A stretch of DNA of 64,000 nucleotides from Camelus dromedarius. Taxonomy: Eukaryota. The notes below the pieces were generated by a model. The model worked only from the letters and a program-made list of their open reading frames with translations, was not told the DNA's origin and ran no database searches. Positions 50,215-62,725 of the stretch are shown in pieces. The position numbers were made by a program, and so were the translations under genes. Each line of letters opens with the position of its first letter. The first letter of the stretch is position 1. Location: assembly GCF_036321535.1 (NCBI RefSeq), contig NC_087437.1, positions 105,278,001 through 105,342,000 of the forward strand. Direction: 5' to 3'.

Positions 50215-50850
50215 TCAGGTTTCATATGCAGGTCTTTCCTCCAATGTGAGTTGATTTTTGCATGGGGTGTACGGTAGAACCCAATTTCAGTTTTTTGCTC
50301 ATGGCATCCAGGTTTCCCACCACCGTTTGTAAAGAAAGTATTTACTCTCTACTCTTAATGCCCTTGTCAAATATTAGTTGACTGTAATATGCATGGATTT
50401 ATTTCTGGGCTTTCTATTCTGTTCCATTGGTATGTATGTCTGTCTTTATGCCAGTACCATATTGTTGTAATTATTATAGTGTTGTAATATTGTTAAAATC
50501 AGGAAGTGTGATGCCTCCACATTTGTTCTTCTTTCTCAAGATCACTTTAGATATTCTAGATCTTTTGTGGTTTCACATAAATTTTAGTATTTTTTTTAAA
50601 AAAATGCCATTGGGATTTTGAAAAGAATAATATTAAATCTGTACATAGTTTTTGGTAGTACAGACATTTTAACAATATTAAGTATTTCAATTTATGAACA
50701 TGGGATGGCTTTTTATTTATTTGAGTCTTCTTTAATTTTTCTTATATATGTTTTATAGTTTTCAGTGTACAAGCCTTTAACCTCCTTAAGTTTATTTCTA
50801 AGTATTTCATTCTTTTTGATGGTATTGTAAATGGGATTGTTTTCTTAATG
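50215..50850 (-). mobile_element. L1 ORF2 fragment
   Basis: atttctgggctttctattctgttccattgg...tttatgccagtaccat...tcaggaagtgtgatgcctcca...attgtaaatgggattgttttcttaat is reverse L1 ORF2. Confidence 0.92.
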
Positions 50851-51165
50851 ACTCAAAGGAGTTTTAGATTAGTATTATCTCACAAAAAATGAGTTCTGAG
50901 AGTTATTTTAATTATACATTATAACTATTCTCTAAAAGTACATATTAATCTATACTCTACATTTGTGGTTTTTTTTCCTTCGTGACATACACTTATTGAT
51001 CAGATGAAGAGTAATTAAGATTGGGGAAATTATTTACCAACATATATGCTAACCACTCAGCAATGCAATTGAAAATCTTGTACAATTATACAAACGTAAA
51101 CAAATGGATCGTTTGTCCCATTACATTTGTAAGTTTGGAAATAATTTGCATGCTTTAAAATTAAA

Positions 51166-51233
51166 CTCAGTAGTAGAGTGTGCGCCTAGCATGCACGAGG
51201 TCCTACGTTCAATCTCCCGTACGTTTGTTAAAA

Positions 51234-51268
<35 letters not shown>

Positions 51269-51285
51269 ACCTAATTACTTCTCCC
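51166..51285 (+). mobile_element. tRNA-derived camelid SINE (Vic-1 type), 5'-truncated, with (TAAA)n tail
   Basis: ctcagtagtagagtgtgcgcctagcatgcacgaggtcctacgttcaatc...(taaa)n...aaacctaattac. Confidence 0.85.
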
Positions 51286-52329
51286 AAATATAACTATAAA
51301 GGATCATATAAGTCAGTATAATTCAATATTTAAAAAAATATAACTTTATATTTATGGGAGAACAGTTATATATTAATATAATACTTTAAAACTTCTGTTG
51401 ATATAAATTAAGGATTATATTAATTATAATCCTTATATATAAATATAACATAATATATATAACTTATATATTGATAAGTATTCATGTTGTATAAATATGA
51501 GTATCTTATGAAAATTACTAAAATGATAAGTGCAAAGGACATTCTATGATTTCTAAACTCCAAAATAGATTTAAGTTATTTTAAAGCTATCTACATAAAG
51601 GAGAAGTATATCATAAGAAAATTACGGAAATTCAGAAAACATTTACCAGTGGTATAAATATTTTAACTTAATAGTAAAGCTCAGTGGAAACTATGTGTAT
51701 ATCAATGTTTTGAATATAAAACAACTTTCCTTGCATAGCACTTAAACACTATAAAAAAGCTAGAACATTAACCATTTCAGAAGTAGAGACATTCAGTCAT
51801 ACCAAAACACAGCCAATTATTTTGTTTTATTAATTAAAACTTTGTTTTTTGTGTTTCATAATTTCAGTTTTTCTCAAGATCATGAAAGTAGAATTTTTTA
51901 ATGACTTTTGACATTTAAAAAATCCTGTTTTCTTTACAACTAATAAATTTGCTAATAAACAAAGATTATGCCATACCATGTTATTTTACTGTCTCATTGA
52001 AATCTATGCTTGTTAAGGATTTCTTTAAATCATAAGGTACCACGGACATTGGTCTTGCTTGTTACATATTCTCTAATCAAATGTGGACTTGCTAGCATGA
52101 GATCATTACCTGCTAGAACTTCAAGGCCAATGTCGTGTTTAGAGTTCATTATTAAAGAAAGACACTGCCCTTCTTCACATGTCACTAGAGGAGCTGGAGC
52201 CTTTTAGTGCCCGAGTAGAACTCAGAGCCTTGTCTCTGACTGCACTTGTAAATGAAGATAAGATGTGTTTCAAATCACTGCTGCTTCACATCTTTACTTC
52301 AAACCTATGGTTCCAAACATTCTTAGTCA

Positions 52330-52475
52330 TTGATATGAGACTATAAATCATCAAATTCAAACCTCTTGTTTTATAGTTGAGAAGAACGATGCCAAGTAGA
52401 GAAAGGTATTTATATAGAACACACATAATTTGATCACGGGACACAGATGTGTGCTCTCCCTACTACCTCTTGATT
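52330..52475 (-). mobile_element. MIR fragment
   Basis: atcatcaaattcaaacctcttgttttatagttgagaagaac. Confidence 0.5.
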
Positions 52476-53959
52476 TGGAGCTGCAGTTTCTGCTACCGGA
52501 CTCAGTTTCCCTTATGCTCCATTTTGATCTGATTTTAATGATCTGATCCCCTAATTCCATCAGACTTCCTTTTTTATCCTGTCAGGACAGAATCCACCAT
52601 CCCAGATAATTTCTATCCATCTAAACTTGGGAGTTTCAGTGACATCTTTGTTCCACCTAGTGCACAATGAACATATAATAACTCTTGTCATCTCTGAATA
52701 TTTATTGAACAAATGAATAAATGCATCTAAATCACCAAATAGATTTGACTTTCTGCTAAGTATTGGCTTCGAAAGTGATCTTTCACAACATTAGGGAATT
52801 ACTCTGTTGGAACTAAAGAAGATTAAACTATACAAGCACACATTTAAGTTGACTTAAAAAGCTCTGCAATTTTAGGTTAATTAAATACAATCTATTTCTT
52901 TTAAATATTTTTCTTTAAATTTTAATATGCTCAAAATTATTCTCAATGCTGTAATTTTCATTTAAATAACATCAAGACGTTGAATTTATATTCCCAAACC
53001 CAGGCATATGCAAAATGTTTTTTTAAAAGTTATACTGTGCTTAATAAAATAAGTTTTATTCATATCTATCCATGTGAAGCTATTCGATTTTGGTGCAGTT
53101 TTTTTTTTCTTTCTTGCAGTAAATGGTGTAGTTTTTAAAAGTATACTGTAATTAACTTTATATATTTATACTTAAGAATTTTTCATCTGGTAAGCAAAAT
53201 TGCATTATACACACTGAATAGCAATAACTGTAAAATATTTTAAAAGGTGCATTCCTTTATGTAAATTAGAAATGGTGAAATTTGCTAAATTTATGGTAGG
53301 CTAATGCATCTTCATAGTCTCCCTGTAATTCTATGAAAACTAATACCTGAAGAATATGCTTTGAAAAGAATCAACCCCTTAAATGAGATGCTTTTTACCA
53401 TGTATAAATATGAGTTTTATAAGAGAATTTCAAGCCTAGAACATAGAGATTTTCAAGTATTTATATGATACTCTCATTTCTCCTAGAATTTGGATCTCTA
53501 AATAAAATTAACTGTATCAAATGAGACAATGCATGTGAAAATATGTGAAAGTATATATTATCTCATCAACATAAAATATTATTGTTACTATTACTTTTAT
53601 TATGATTTTTTTGCCTTTACAGAGCCGCACTGACCCTATATAATACAAATGATGTGCATTATTCTTCCATCTTTGAAGTAACAATGTGCTCAAATCATGT
53701 TTTTTGTAAGAGAAACTATCACATTTCAAACTTAGTGTAATGCCGTGGCAGTAATAGTTCATCCATTCACTGAAATCTGAAATGAAGGCTATGGGTGTCA
53801 TTAACTTTTATATCATATTATATTTCTCGCTTTTTGAAAATAGCCAAATAAAGCTAAATATACCCCCAATATCAAGGATCATAGTCTATTTTATTTTTTT
53901 TCCTTTAATATGTGATGAGTGGTCTAAAATCAGAAGTCTTTATGAATTCAGGAAAAAAA

Positions 53960-55865
53960 ATAATGTAGGCGCTTGATATGATGCAAGTTAACTGGAATAA
54001 TAAAGTGATATTATGAGCAACATTGAGACAACACATTTTATAACTTGGGTGAAACAGACTAATTTCTTGAAGAACACAAAATCTCAAACCATGGGAAATA
54101 GACAATCTGAATAGTCTTAGATCTATTGAAGATTTGAATTAATGGTTAATAACCTTCAAAAAAGCAAGCACTATGCACTAAAGATGTCACTAATAAATTC
54201 TATTAAACAATAATATTTCATATTCTCCACAAACACTTTCATAAAATAGAAGGAGAATAAACACATCCTATTGTATTTCATGTGGCTAGAATTACCCTCA
54301 TACTAAAATCAGATAAAAACATTATGGGAAGGGGAAACTATATTCCATCATCTCTTATGAATGTAGATGCAATAATATTAAAAAAAATTAGTAAGTCAAA
54401 TCTAACAATGTATAAAAACAATTTTATACCATGACCAAATGGGAAATATTTTAGTATGCAAGACTGGTTCAATGTTTGAAAATCTATCATGGTAATCTAT
54501 CATATCAACAGGATAAAAAATAAACATCACATGACCATAAGAACTGATGTGAAAATAAAGCACCTGACAAAATGCAACACCCAGTCATAATGAAAATCTA
54601 TTCTAAGGATAGAAGAGGACTTTCTCAGCCTGATAAAAACATCCACAAACAACCTACAGCTAACGTTAAATTGAACAGAGAGAAAATAGATACTTTTCCT
54701 TGAAAGACTGTGAAAAAGACAATGTTGTTTACTCACCACTCAAAAAAAACCAGTAAAATGTGTGCCTATTAGGAAGAGGCAAAACACTGTCTTTGCAGAT
54801 GACATGATGTCTATGTAGAAAATCTCAAAGAATCAACCAGAAAATTCCTGAAACTACCAAGCTAGTCTACCAGTCGCAGGGTACACAGTGTTAAGAGTTG
54901 ATCTGTATTCCCTGAAAGACATGTTGAAATCCTAACTCACGTACCTGTGAATGTGACCTTGTTTGAAAAGAGGTTCTGTGCAGATATAATCAAGTGAAAA
55001 AATGAGGTCATTAGGGTGGACACTAATCCAAGATGATTGGTATCTTTACAAAAAGAAGGAAATTTGGGCAGAGAGAAATAGGAAGAACATTATGTGACAA
55101 CAGAGACAGAGATGAGAGAAATGCTACCACATTCCCAAGAACACCAAGGAGGGAAAGCCAACAACGGAAGCTAGGAAGAAGCAAGGAATGATGCAGCCCA
55201 GAGTCTGATGGAGGGAGCTTGGCTCTGCTGACACCTTCTAGCCTCCAGAACGGTGAGAGAATAAATTTTGGTTATTTTAAGCCACCCAGTCTGTAGTTAC
55301 TTTGTTATGGCAGCCGCAGGAAACTAATGAACATAGTTTAGATACAAAAGTCAATTATTTCCCTTTTTAAGAGCAATAAATGATTGGAATTTGAAGTTAA
55401 AATCCAAACAATTTATAATAGCACCAAAGGTAAAATACTTAGGCATAAATCAATCAAAATGTGGGCAGGTTTAAATGTAAAAGAAAACTATAAAACTCAG
55501 AAGAAAGAAATCAAAGGAAATCTAAACATATAGAGTAATATTCTATGTGTATAGATAAGACTATTGTTAAGATGCCCATTACTCCTAACTGGATCTCCAG
55601 ATTCAGATTTATGCCCCAACCAAAATGCTACTGAGTTGTTTTATAGGTTGGACTTGGTAACAGTACATTAGGTAAAATCTAAGAAAATCTGAATAAAGTA
55701 TGTACTTTAGTCAACAGAAGTTTATCAATATTGGTTTGTTAGCTGTAACAAGTATACTATACTAATGTTAGATATGAGTAAGAAAGGAAACTGGGGTGTA
55801 TGAGTACTGTCTGTACTATCATCGCAAATAATCCATAAATCTAAAACACTTACAAAATGTATTAA
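53960..55865 (+). mobile_element. L1 (L1MC-like) ORF2 plus 3' UTR, internally deleted and split by an MLT1 LTR
   Basis: gaaatagacaatctgaatag, tctcttatgaatgtagatgcaa, gtatgcaagactggttcaat, ctttgcagatgacatgatgtctatgtagaaaatctcaaagaatc (FADDM RT motif at ~54792-54806), and 3' UTR gtactgtctgtactatc...aaatctaaaac. Confidence 0.9.
54889..55331 (+). mobile_element. MaLR solo LTR (MLT1B/C-like) nested in L1
   Basis: atgttgaaatcctaac...gtacctgtgaatgtgaccttgtttg...aatgaggtcattagggtgg...ctagcctccagaacggtgagagaataaattt...tttgttatggcagcc; 5-bp TSD cacag/catag. Confidence 0.92.
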
Positions 55866-57859
55866 AGTTTTTCAGAAATAGAAACGTTTGTACAAGCATT
55901 GCAAAAATGTTTCTATGATGTAAATCCCTTACAGAGATCTAAAGTTTTAAACACAGTGGAACATGTGTTTAGGTTGCACTAGGTGAGAGAAGTATAATTT
56001 AAAATATTTATGTAATACAAAAAATGTAGAGAAGAAAGCTTTTTAAAGGTTAAGCAAATAAAATTATAAAATTATATACTGACACCATATTGTACCAATA
56101 ATCATATGAAGTATGAATGAACCAACCACTCTAATAAGCAGAGATTATCCAACTTTATGAATTTTTGGTTACCTTATAAATTTAAATGTAATGGTTTTCT
56201 TACTTCTTCCTTTACTTCTAACTTTTCTTACTTCTTACTGTGACCTATTTACAAATATTTATTAAGGGGGGGAAACTAGCTCTATAAGTATACAGCATGT
56301 AATAATGTACAAATTATCTAAAATGTATTTAATTAAATTGAAAAAACATGTTTCACATCAAGGGACTATTTCTAATAGAAATTTTTGCAAAATGCTACCA
56401 TATTTAAGGCTATTATTAACACTGAGTATGGTTTAGTGATACAATTATTAGCCAAAACCCTGTTATAGATGTGTTTAATATAAAAGCATATTTTTATGTT
56501 ACTATTCCCATATACAATCAACCTATTTCCTATTTTAACAAAATGCTAGTTTTTAACTCAATCTACAGAACAGTTATATACATATATATAAAATATTTAT
56601 ATAGTAGTTCTTAATCATGCTTAAAAGTAAGTGATTTCAAATGATATTGTCCTTAGATGAATTTGAACAATTAGGTAAGAAAGTAAGAAAAAAAAACAGC
56701 AATAATTTAGACTGCCATCAAGTATTTCAAGGGCATTGTTAACTTCTAATACACAATTGTGTTTACAAATAAAAAATATTTTCTCTTGAAATCAAAACAA
56801 CATTTACTTCTTTAAAGAAAAGCAACTTGAAAGTGAAGGAGGAGATTTCTGATTATATATTTCAGGAATTCTATTATTGTTTCTTCCATTTTTTGCTGGG
56901 TTATCACCTCAATCTCACAAATGCTGTCAACCTAAGATTGGGAAGTGAGGCTGGGTCATAGGAGACGTGGTTCCAATGCTCAGTTTCTTTTTAAGATTAT
57001 TCCTCCAAATAGGAAGTCAGAGAGGCACGTGCTGGTGTCGTCCTCTGTACACATTTGTCCTAGAGCTAGAGCCTGCTCGCAGGCTTCAGAGGAAAGTCTT
57101 CTTTTAACTCTTATTTTCATTTTCTGAACATGACAGATGTCTAGCTAACTACATTTGTTAAGGCTGGTATTTTAAAATGCCATCAAACCTGCAGAATGTA
57201 AAGGATCTTCCACAGTGTACAGAAACATACAAAGGGGATAGATTAGTTTCTGTCCAATTAGTAAGCTTAGTTATCTCACAAATTATAGGATCCCTTCAAG
57301 GCAGTGTTTGCCTATTAAAAAGTCATTTATAGTAAGAATAAAATACCAGAATTCTGAGTTTCTTAAACATATATTTAGCATGTGGCAAATATACATTCCT
57401 AAAAAATCTGCTTAATTAGGGAAATGAAACTTTAGGATTAATTTAGACTTGTAAGTATGTATGTCCAAGACTGAAAAAACACTTGGAAATTTTTAATGAT
57501 GAAATTCTTTTAATTGCACATAAAACAAACAAAACACACTTGGAGAGTGGAAATTTAGTATAATTTAGCAGCTGCTTCACTGAATGGTCAGTATGAGAAT
57601 AGCTTGTATGCATATTACTTGCAACAATTTTAAATTACTATAAATAATTAAAAATATGGTTTTCTAATTGTTTATTCTAAATTTTCTTCTCAACAAGAAT
57701 ACTTGTTTTCACTGGATGTGTATCAAAATTTCAACATTAATTCAAAGCTCTTCTCCTTTAAGAAGATTGAAAATATTTTTTTCAATCACTAGACTCACAG
57801 TTGTCACCTCTCCTATATAACACTGTGCCATATGCATGTATATGTATATACATATAATT

Positions 57860-57990
57860 ATTCTTGTTAATTACAGATCTGTGTCATCTCTTGTACTAGA
57901 TTACGAGCTCCTGGATGACAGAATTTAAGTGTTCTTTATGCCTATATTTTATGGCCATGGGCTTTGTCATCAATAATTGTTTTCACAATG
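57860..57990 (+). mobile_element. L2 3' fragment
   Basis: ctagattacgagctcctggatgacaga. Confidence 0.5.
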
Positions 57991-58363
57991 AAATATAATT
58001 CTATTGTGTATGCAGAAGGAATATTATGAGATACACAGATGTAAAAATGGTATGATAACACATATGATGTGTAAGTTTCTTTAGTTATGCTTTTTGAACT
58101 GTAGAATTTCAACAACAGTAACTAGGAAACAAAAAAATATTATTCTATAAAGTTTGATATTTTTTGTCTGCAACTTATGAAAACAAAGGATTTTGTTGAT
58201 AGTTATAGAATAAGTGAGAGGTGAAAGAAAGCACAAAGTAAAAGCAATCTTCTAATCTTTTCGGCATAAAAGTTAATTACTAATTCAAAACTGAGATGAA
58301 AATGCTCTCTGTGGATGGTTTATATCTTTCTCACAGTTAAGCGTCCCAAGTCTTACCTAACAC

Positions 58364-58951
58364 TGTAAGGGAGAGAGGTGGTGAGGCAGGCTTACTGACC
58401 CTGGCTGATTAACAACAAGGGAAAGAAGGTGCCGGGCTATTAAAAGACAGGTTGTTTCTCTTACCCCGCAGCTGGCTCCTTGTTTCCAAGGACATAGCTG
58501 TGCAACAAGACATTTTATGTTCTACAACTGCTGCATTGATCCCAAGGCCATCCCCCAGTGTCTCTTTCTTTGTTCTCTTTCTCCCGCCAAAGTTTCTGTG
58601 TTAGGGCTGAGCTTCATGAGAGGAAAGAGCCTGTAATAGGACATGACTGACGCCACCCACGTGAAGATCACAATGGCAGAGCTTCCAGTTAAAGGCCCCG
58701 CAGCCTGATCTGGGGCTGGAGCTGTCTAGACCGGCTCCCTGGCTAATGGCTCCCTGCTCCAGTGTTTTCTTTTTTCCTTTCCTTTCCTCTCTGAACAATA
58801 AAGCAGCTCTTTTTTTCACTTTGTCCCTCTGCCTCTACGGATAATTCTTTCTCAGTTGGCGAGCAAGGACGTATACATTTTTTGGGGGGAGGCTTGCCTG
58901 CTCATTTGGTGTGCTTTCCAATTTTGGGTCCCCCTACCTGCTGTCATAACA
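58364..58951 (+). mobile_element. ERV solo LTR (class I-like, relatively young)
   Basis: TGTAA...TAACA termini, 4-bp TSD acac/acag, GC-rich, AATAAA at 58797-58802, U5-like taattctttctcagttggcgagcaaggac. Confidence 0.7.
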
Positions 58952-59279
58952 ACAGTACCTGAGCCAGAGTCTAGTACAGAGTAGTTTTTCTGTGAATGTT
59001 TGTTGAATGAAGAATTCAAAGACTTGACCAAACAAAGGAGGTATGATTCATATCTCTTTGTGAAATAGCTCAGGAATACAGGCAGATGCTTGGAGATTTT
59101 AGCTTTCCCCACCTCCAGTCTCTGTCAGTCTCTGACACCATCCAGTGTCAAAAATACTAACTTTCACAGTAACATGAATTGGAACTCACTAGATACACTC
59201 ATTCTTGGTTTAAAAGAGCATTTTTCCATTTATAGCCTTCAAAAGACAAATGAGTTGGATGAAACTGTCAATAATTTAT

Positions 59280-59590
59280 GTACTCAATAGAATATTTATT
59301 AAGTACCTATAAAATGTAAGCCAAGTTACAAAAGCAGGAAGTGTATGAAAAAGGAGTCTGGAGGGTTTGACTTAGTTTGGTGGCCAGGATGTCTGCTTGA
59401 TCTGAGGATGCTTCGACTGGAAACTGAGGAAAGAGGAGACCATAATTAATTTCATTAAGTGTGCGACTGTGTGGGTGTGTATGCAGTGGAAGCAGGGAAG
59501 GTCTGTACACCGAGGCTAGGGCAGGGCAAAGCAGCACTGCCAGCAGGTTGCTTCCAGGGAAATCGAGGAAGCCAGAGTGGTTGGAGAGGA
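59280..59590 (-). mobile_element. L2 3' fragment
   Basis: tactcaatagaatatttattaagtacctata...gaggaagccagagtggttggagag. Confidence 0.55.
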
Positions 59591-60682
59591 AAACATTGCC
59601 TCATGCAAGAATCAACTCCTCCTAATTTTGTTCTCAAAGCATGGAGAACAGTGTCTTAGGCAGAACTCTGCACTGGCCCTTGGGGAACATTGGTTCCGAC
59701 TTGGATCTCTGTTCCTGCTCAGCAGGTCCAGGGTGTCAGGGATACCGGAAGTGGCCATTGACTCACATAACAGCCACAATGAAGGAAATAAGTACATAGT
59801 AGCCAGATGTATAAAAGTCTTTTCAGCTGGTAATAAAAAGTATTAATCTTAAAGGAAGATAAAACCATTACTTATTACAACACTTTCCTCAAGAAACACA
59901 AGATATGGGTATGCTCTGTGTTATAAGGCCCTCAGCCTCACCTGAATGTTGCAAAATCATCAGCTCATGTGGTATTTTCTTAGAGGCTTTGAAATAAGAA
60001 TCTTTATAAGTTGTATTTGTATCATTTAATAGTTGTCATTTTAGTTCAATTTTTCCTACTGCCCAGATTTTTTTTTAAGCCAAGCCTTGGTGTTTATATG
60101 CTAAAATATCTACTTAAGCCACATTTGTCAATGGCTTTTGCTCTGCTGTAGAAAAGTCACCAAAGCCCTGGGAACTGAGATCTCCCACACCTCGTTCTGA
60201 GTTCTGAGTCCGAACTCAAAAGAGAGGACATTTGTAAGGTGCAACACCTAGGTTTCTCAAAGTTACTAGTGTCAAATTGTAGAGACTAAACTACTGTGAG
60301 ATAGAAGAAGCAAAGTCAATCAGTCAGTCACACACCAAGAATCAAGAAACCCTTCCACTTAACGAGGTAACTCTCAAGTTTCTACATCTGGGACAGGATA
60401 CAAATAATCATGATTGAGTTTGAATGTCTCCCTGCACAGGTACGTGGTACTGGAAGCACATATTTTATAGAGCAAGTGGAGGTATTCTGTTCATTTTAAG
60501 AAGCTAATTCATATAGCTTATATGATGTTTATTTTATTCCTGGGCCTTTGTCATGACTAGTATAAGTGCATACAGCCATGAAGGTCCTTTAATTTTAGGT
60601 TCAATATTAAACTAATATTTGAGCTACTTATTTCTAAATCCAGCAGAATAAGGTTAGTTAATCTGAACCTTCAGCAAAACTG

Positions 60683-62725
60683 CTCATTTATTCACCCAAG
60701 ATACAGAGATCATAACCGTATACTGGGTATTTTTTCAGCATTGAGGGAGGTTACAACAGTGTATGTAACAGAAAAGATGGCTGCTCTCATGGACCTAATG
60801 TTGTTGTGAAGAATGGACAATGAACAGATGAGAACTTGAATGGGCAAGTAAATATTATGATAAGTGCTATAAGGAATAAAAATTAGTTGTCTGGAGACTA
60901 CTCTACATTTGGTAGTCTGAAGACATTCTTAGTGAAATCAAGGACCAGTAAGCACATACAAACACCTACCGCATTTGGAAAGGGATGAATTAGAAAGAAA
61001 GTGGTAGGGGATGATATCAGAGACAGAAGCCCCAGCCAAACCACATCAGCCTTTTTAGGGCAAGGTGAGGTGCTTGCATTTTATCTTAAATGCATATGAA
61101 AAACACTGGGTTTTATTTGCGTTATTTAAAGTATTTTCTTTATGTTTCCTTATGACTGCTTTGTAAAAAAAATATTTGGGGTAGGAGGAAGTCATCAAAA
61201 ATAGGAGCCAGAGGATAGTTATCAGGCTGTTACCCCTGGATTGCTGACAGATAATGGTAGCTTGAGCCAGGCTGGTTGAAATGGAAGGAAAGAAGAACAT
61301 ACCTATCAAGGCCATATTTTAGGAAGAAGCGTCAGGGAGTGTGGGGTAGTTAATTTTATGTATCAACTTGGCTGGATCACAGGATGCCCAGATACCTGGT
61401 TATACCCTATTTCTGAGTGTGAGGGTGTTTCCTGATGGGATTAGCATTTGAATCTGCAGAATGAGTAAGTAAGTGGATCACTCTCCCCCATGTGGACAGG
61501 CATTATCCAATACCCAGGGCCTGAATAGAACCAAAAGGTGAAGACAGGAGGATCCACTCATTCTTTGCCAGAGTGTGACAACAATCTTCCTCTCCAGTCT
61601 TCAGTACTCCTGGTTCTCAGGCCCTTAGATGTGGACTGGAATCTACAACATTGGCTTTCTAGCTCTCAGGCCTTCAAATGTCACTGGTCTTCCTTGTTCA
61701 GCAGTTTGCAAAGGGCCACTTATGGGACTTCTTGGTCTCCGTAATTTCATAGGCCAATACTTTATTATTATATAGCTCTTATTATATATTATATATATTA
61801 TTATATATCTCTTTGTATACATATTATAAATATGTCATATTCATATATATATGTAATTGGTTCTGTTTCTCTGTTGAACTCTGACAAATACAGAGCACTA
61901 TATATTAGAAAACTGAAAGATAGAAGAGTAAAGAATAAATAGGGTTTATTGGTAAAAATCATCATCTTATGGGAATGTAAATTTTGTGATGTTTATCAAA
62001 ACACTCCTGTGAAGATACTCTGTAAGGTATAAAAGTCTGGGGTCCAGGGAAGAAAGGTCAAAGATACACGTGTGAGTCATTGACAAGCAGAAGGTAGGTG
62101 AACATCAAGTCTGCATATAATTATCTAGGACCCAGGCATGAGCCCTTCATCATGCCACACGTAAGAAATGCAAAGAGGAGAAGGCTCCAGTGAAAAGGAT
62201 TTGGAATGTTTTGACAGTGATGTGAAGGGAAAACTAAGAGACTGAAATGGCCTGATATGCAAGAGAAGAAAGTAAACCAAGATGGTTTGGTCAGTGGGGT
62301 CTAAGGCTGTTGTTCTGGTGAGAAATCTGAGCACAACAAACTTTCTATTGCAATATGGAGGCCACGGGTGACCTTGACCAGCAATCTTGCTGGTAGGGTG
62401 AGGATGGAGTTCCAATACACTGTGGCTTAAAAGAAGAATATGAGAATGAGGAAACAGAAGCAGTGATGGTGCACATTCCTTTTATAATATGTCCTGTGAA
62501 TAGGAGGGAATAAGTAGACTATTAACTGCAAAGGTGTAGAACTTTCTATTTTTTAATTTATTTATTGACTTCATACACTATAACTTTATCTGGTTGGAAC
62601 AACTAGAAGAAAGAGGTAAAAGAATGAACTAGGACTCTGGTCCTGGATAAGAAAAATAGGATATTACATTCAAAATTGAGAAATTAGAGAATTTTAAGAG
62701 AGGGGGATAGCTCATTTATAATAAC
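60683..62725 (-). mobile_element. Long L2 remnant split by an MLT2 LTR
   Basis: ctcatttattcac...ctgctctcatggaccta...gataatggtagcttgagccaggctggt; resumes after 61892 with ...ggtgaccttgaccagcaatc...ggcttaaaagaagaatatgag. Confidence 0.8.
61340..61892 (+). mobile_element. ERV-L solo LTR (MLT2-like)
   Basis: gttaattttatgtatcaacttggctgg...ggatgcccagatacctggtta...gattagcatttgaatc...ggcctgaatagaaccaaaagg...attggttctgtttctctgttgaactctgacaaataca. Confidence 0.92.
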
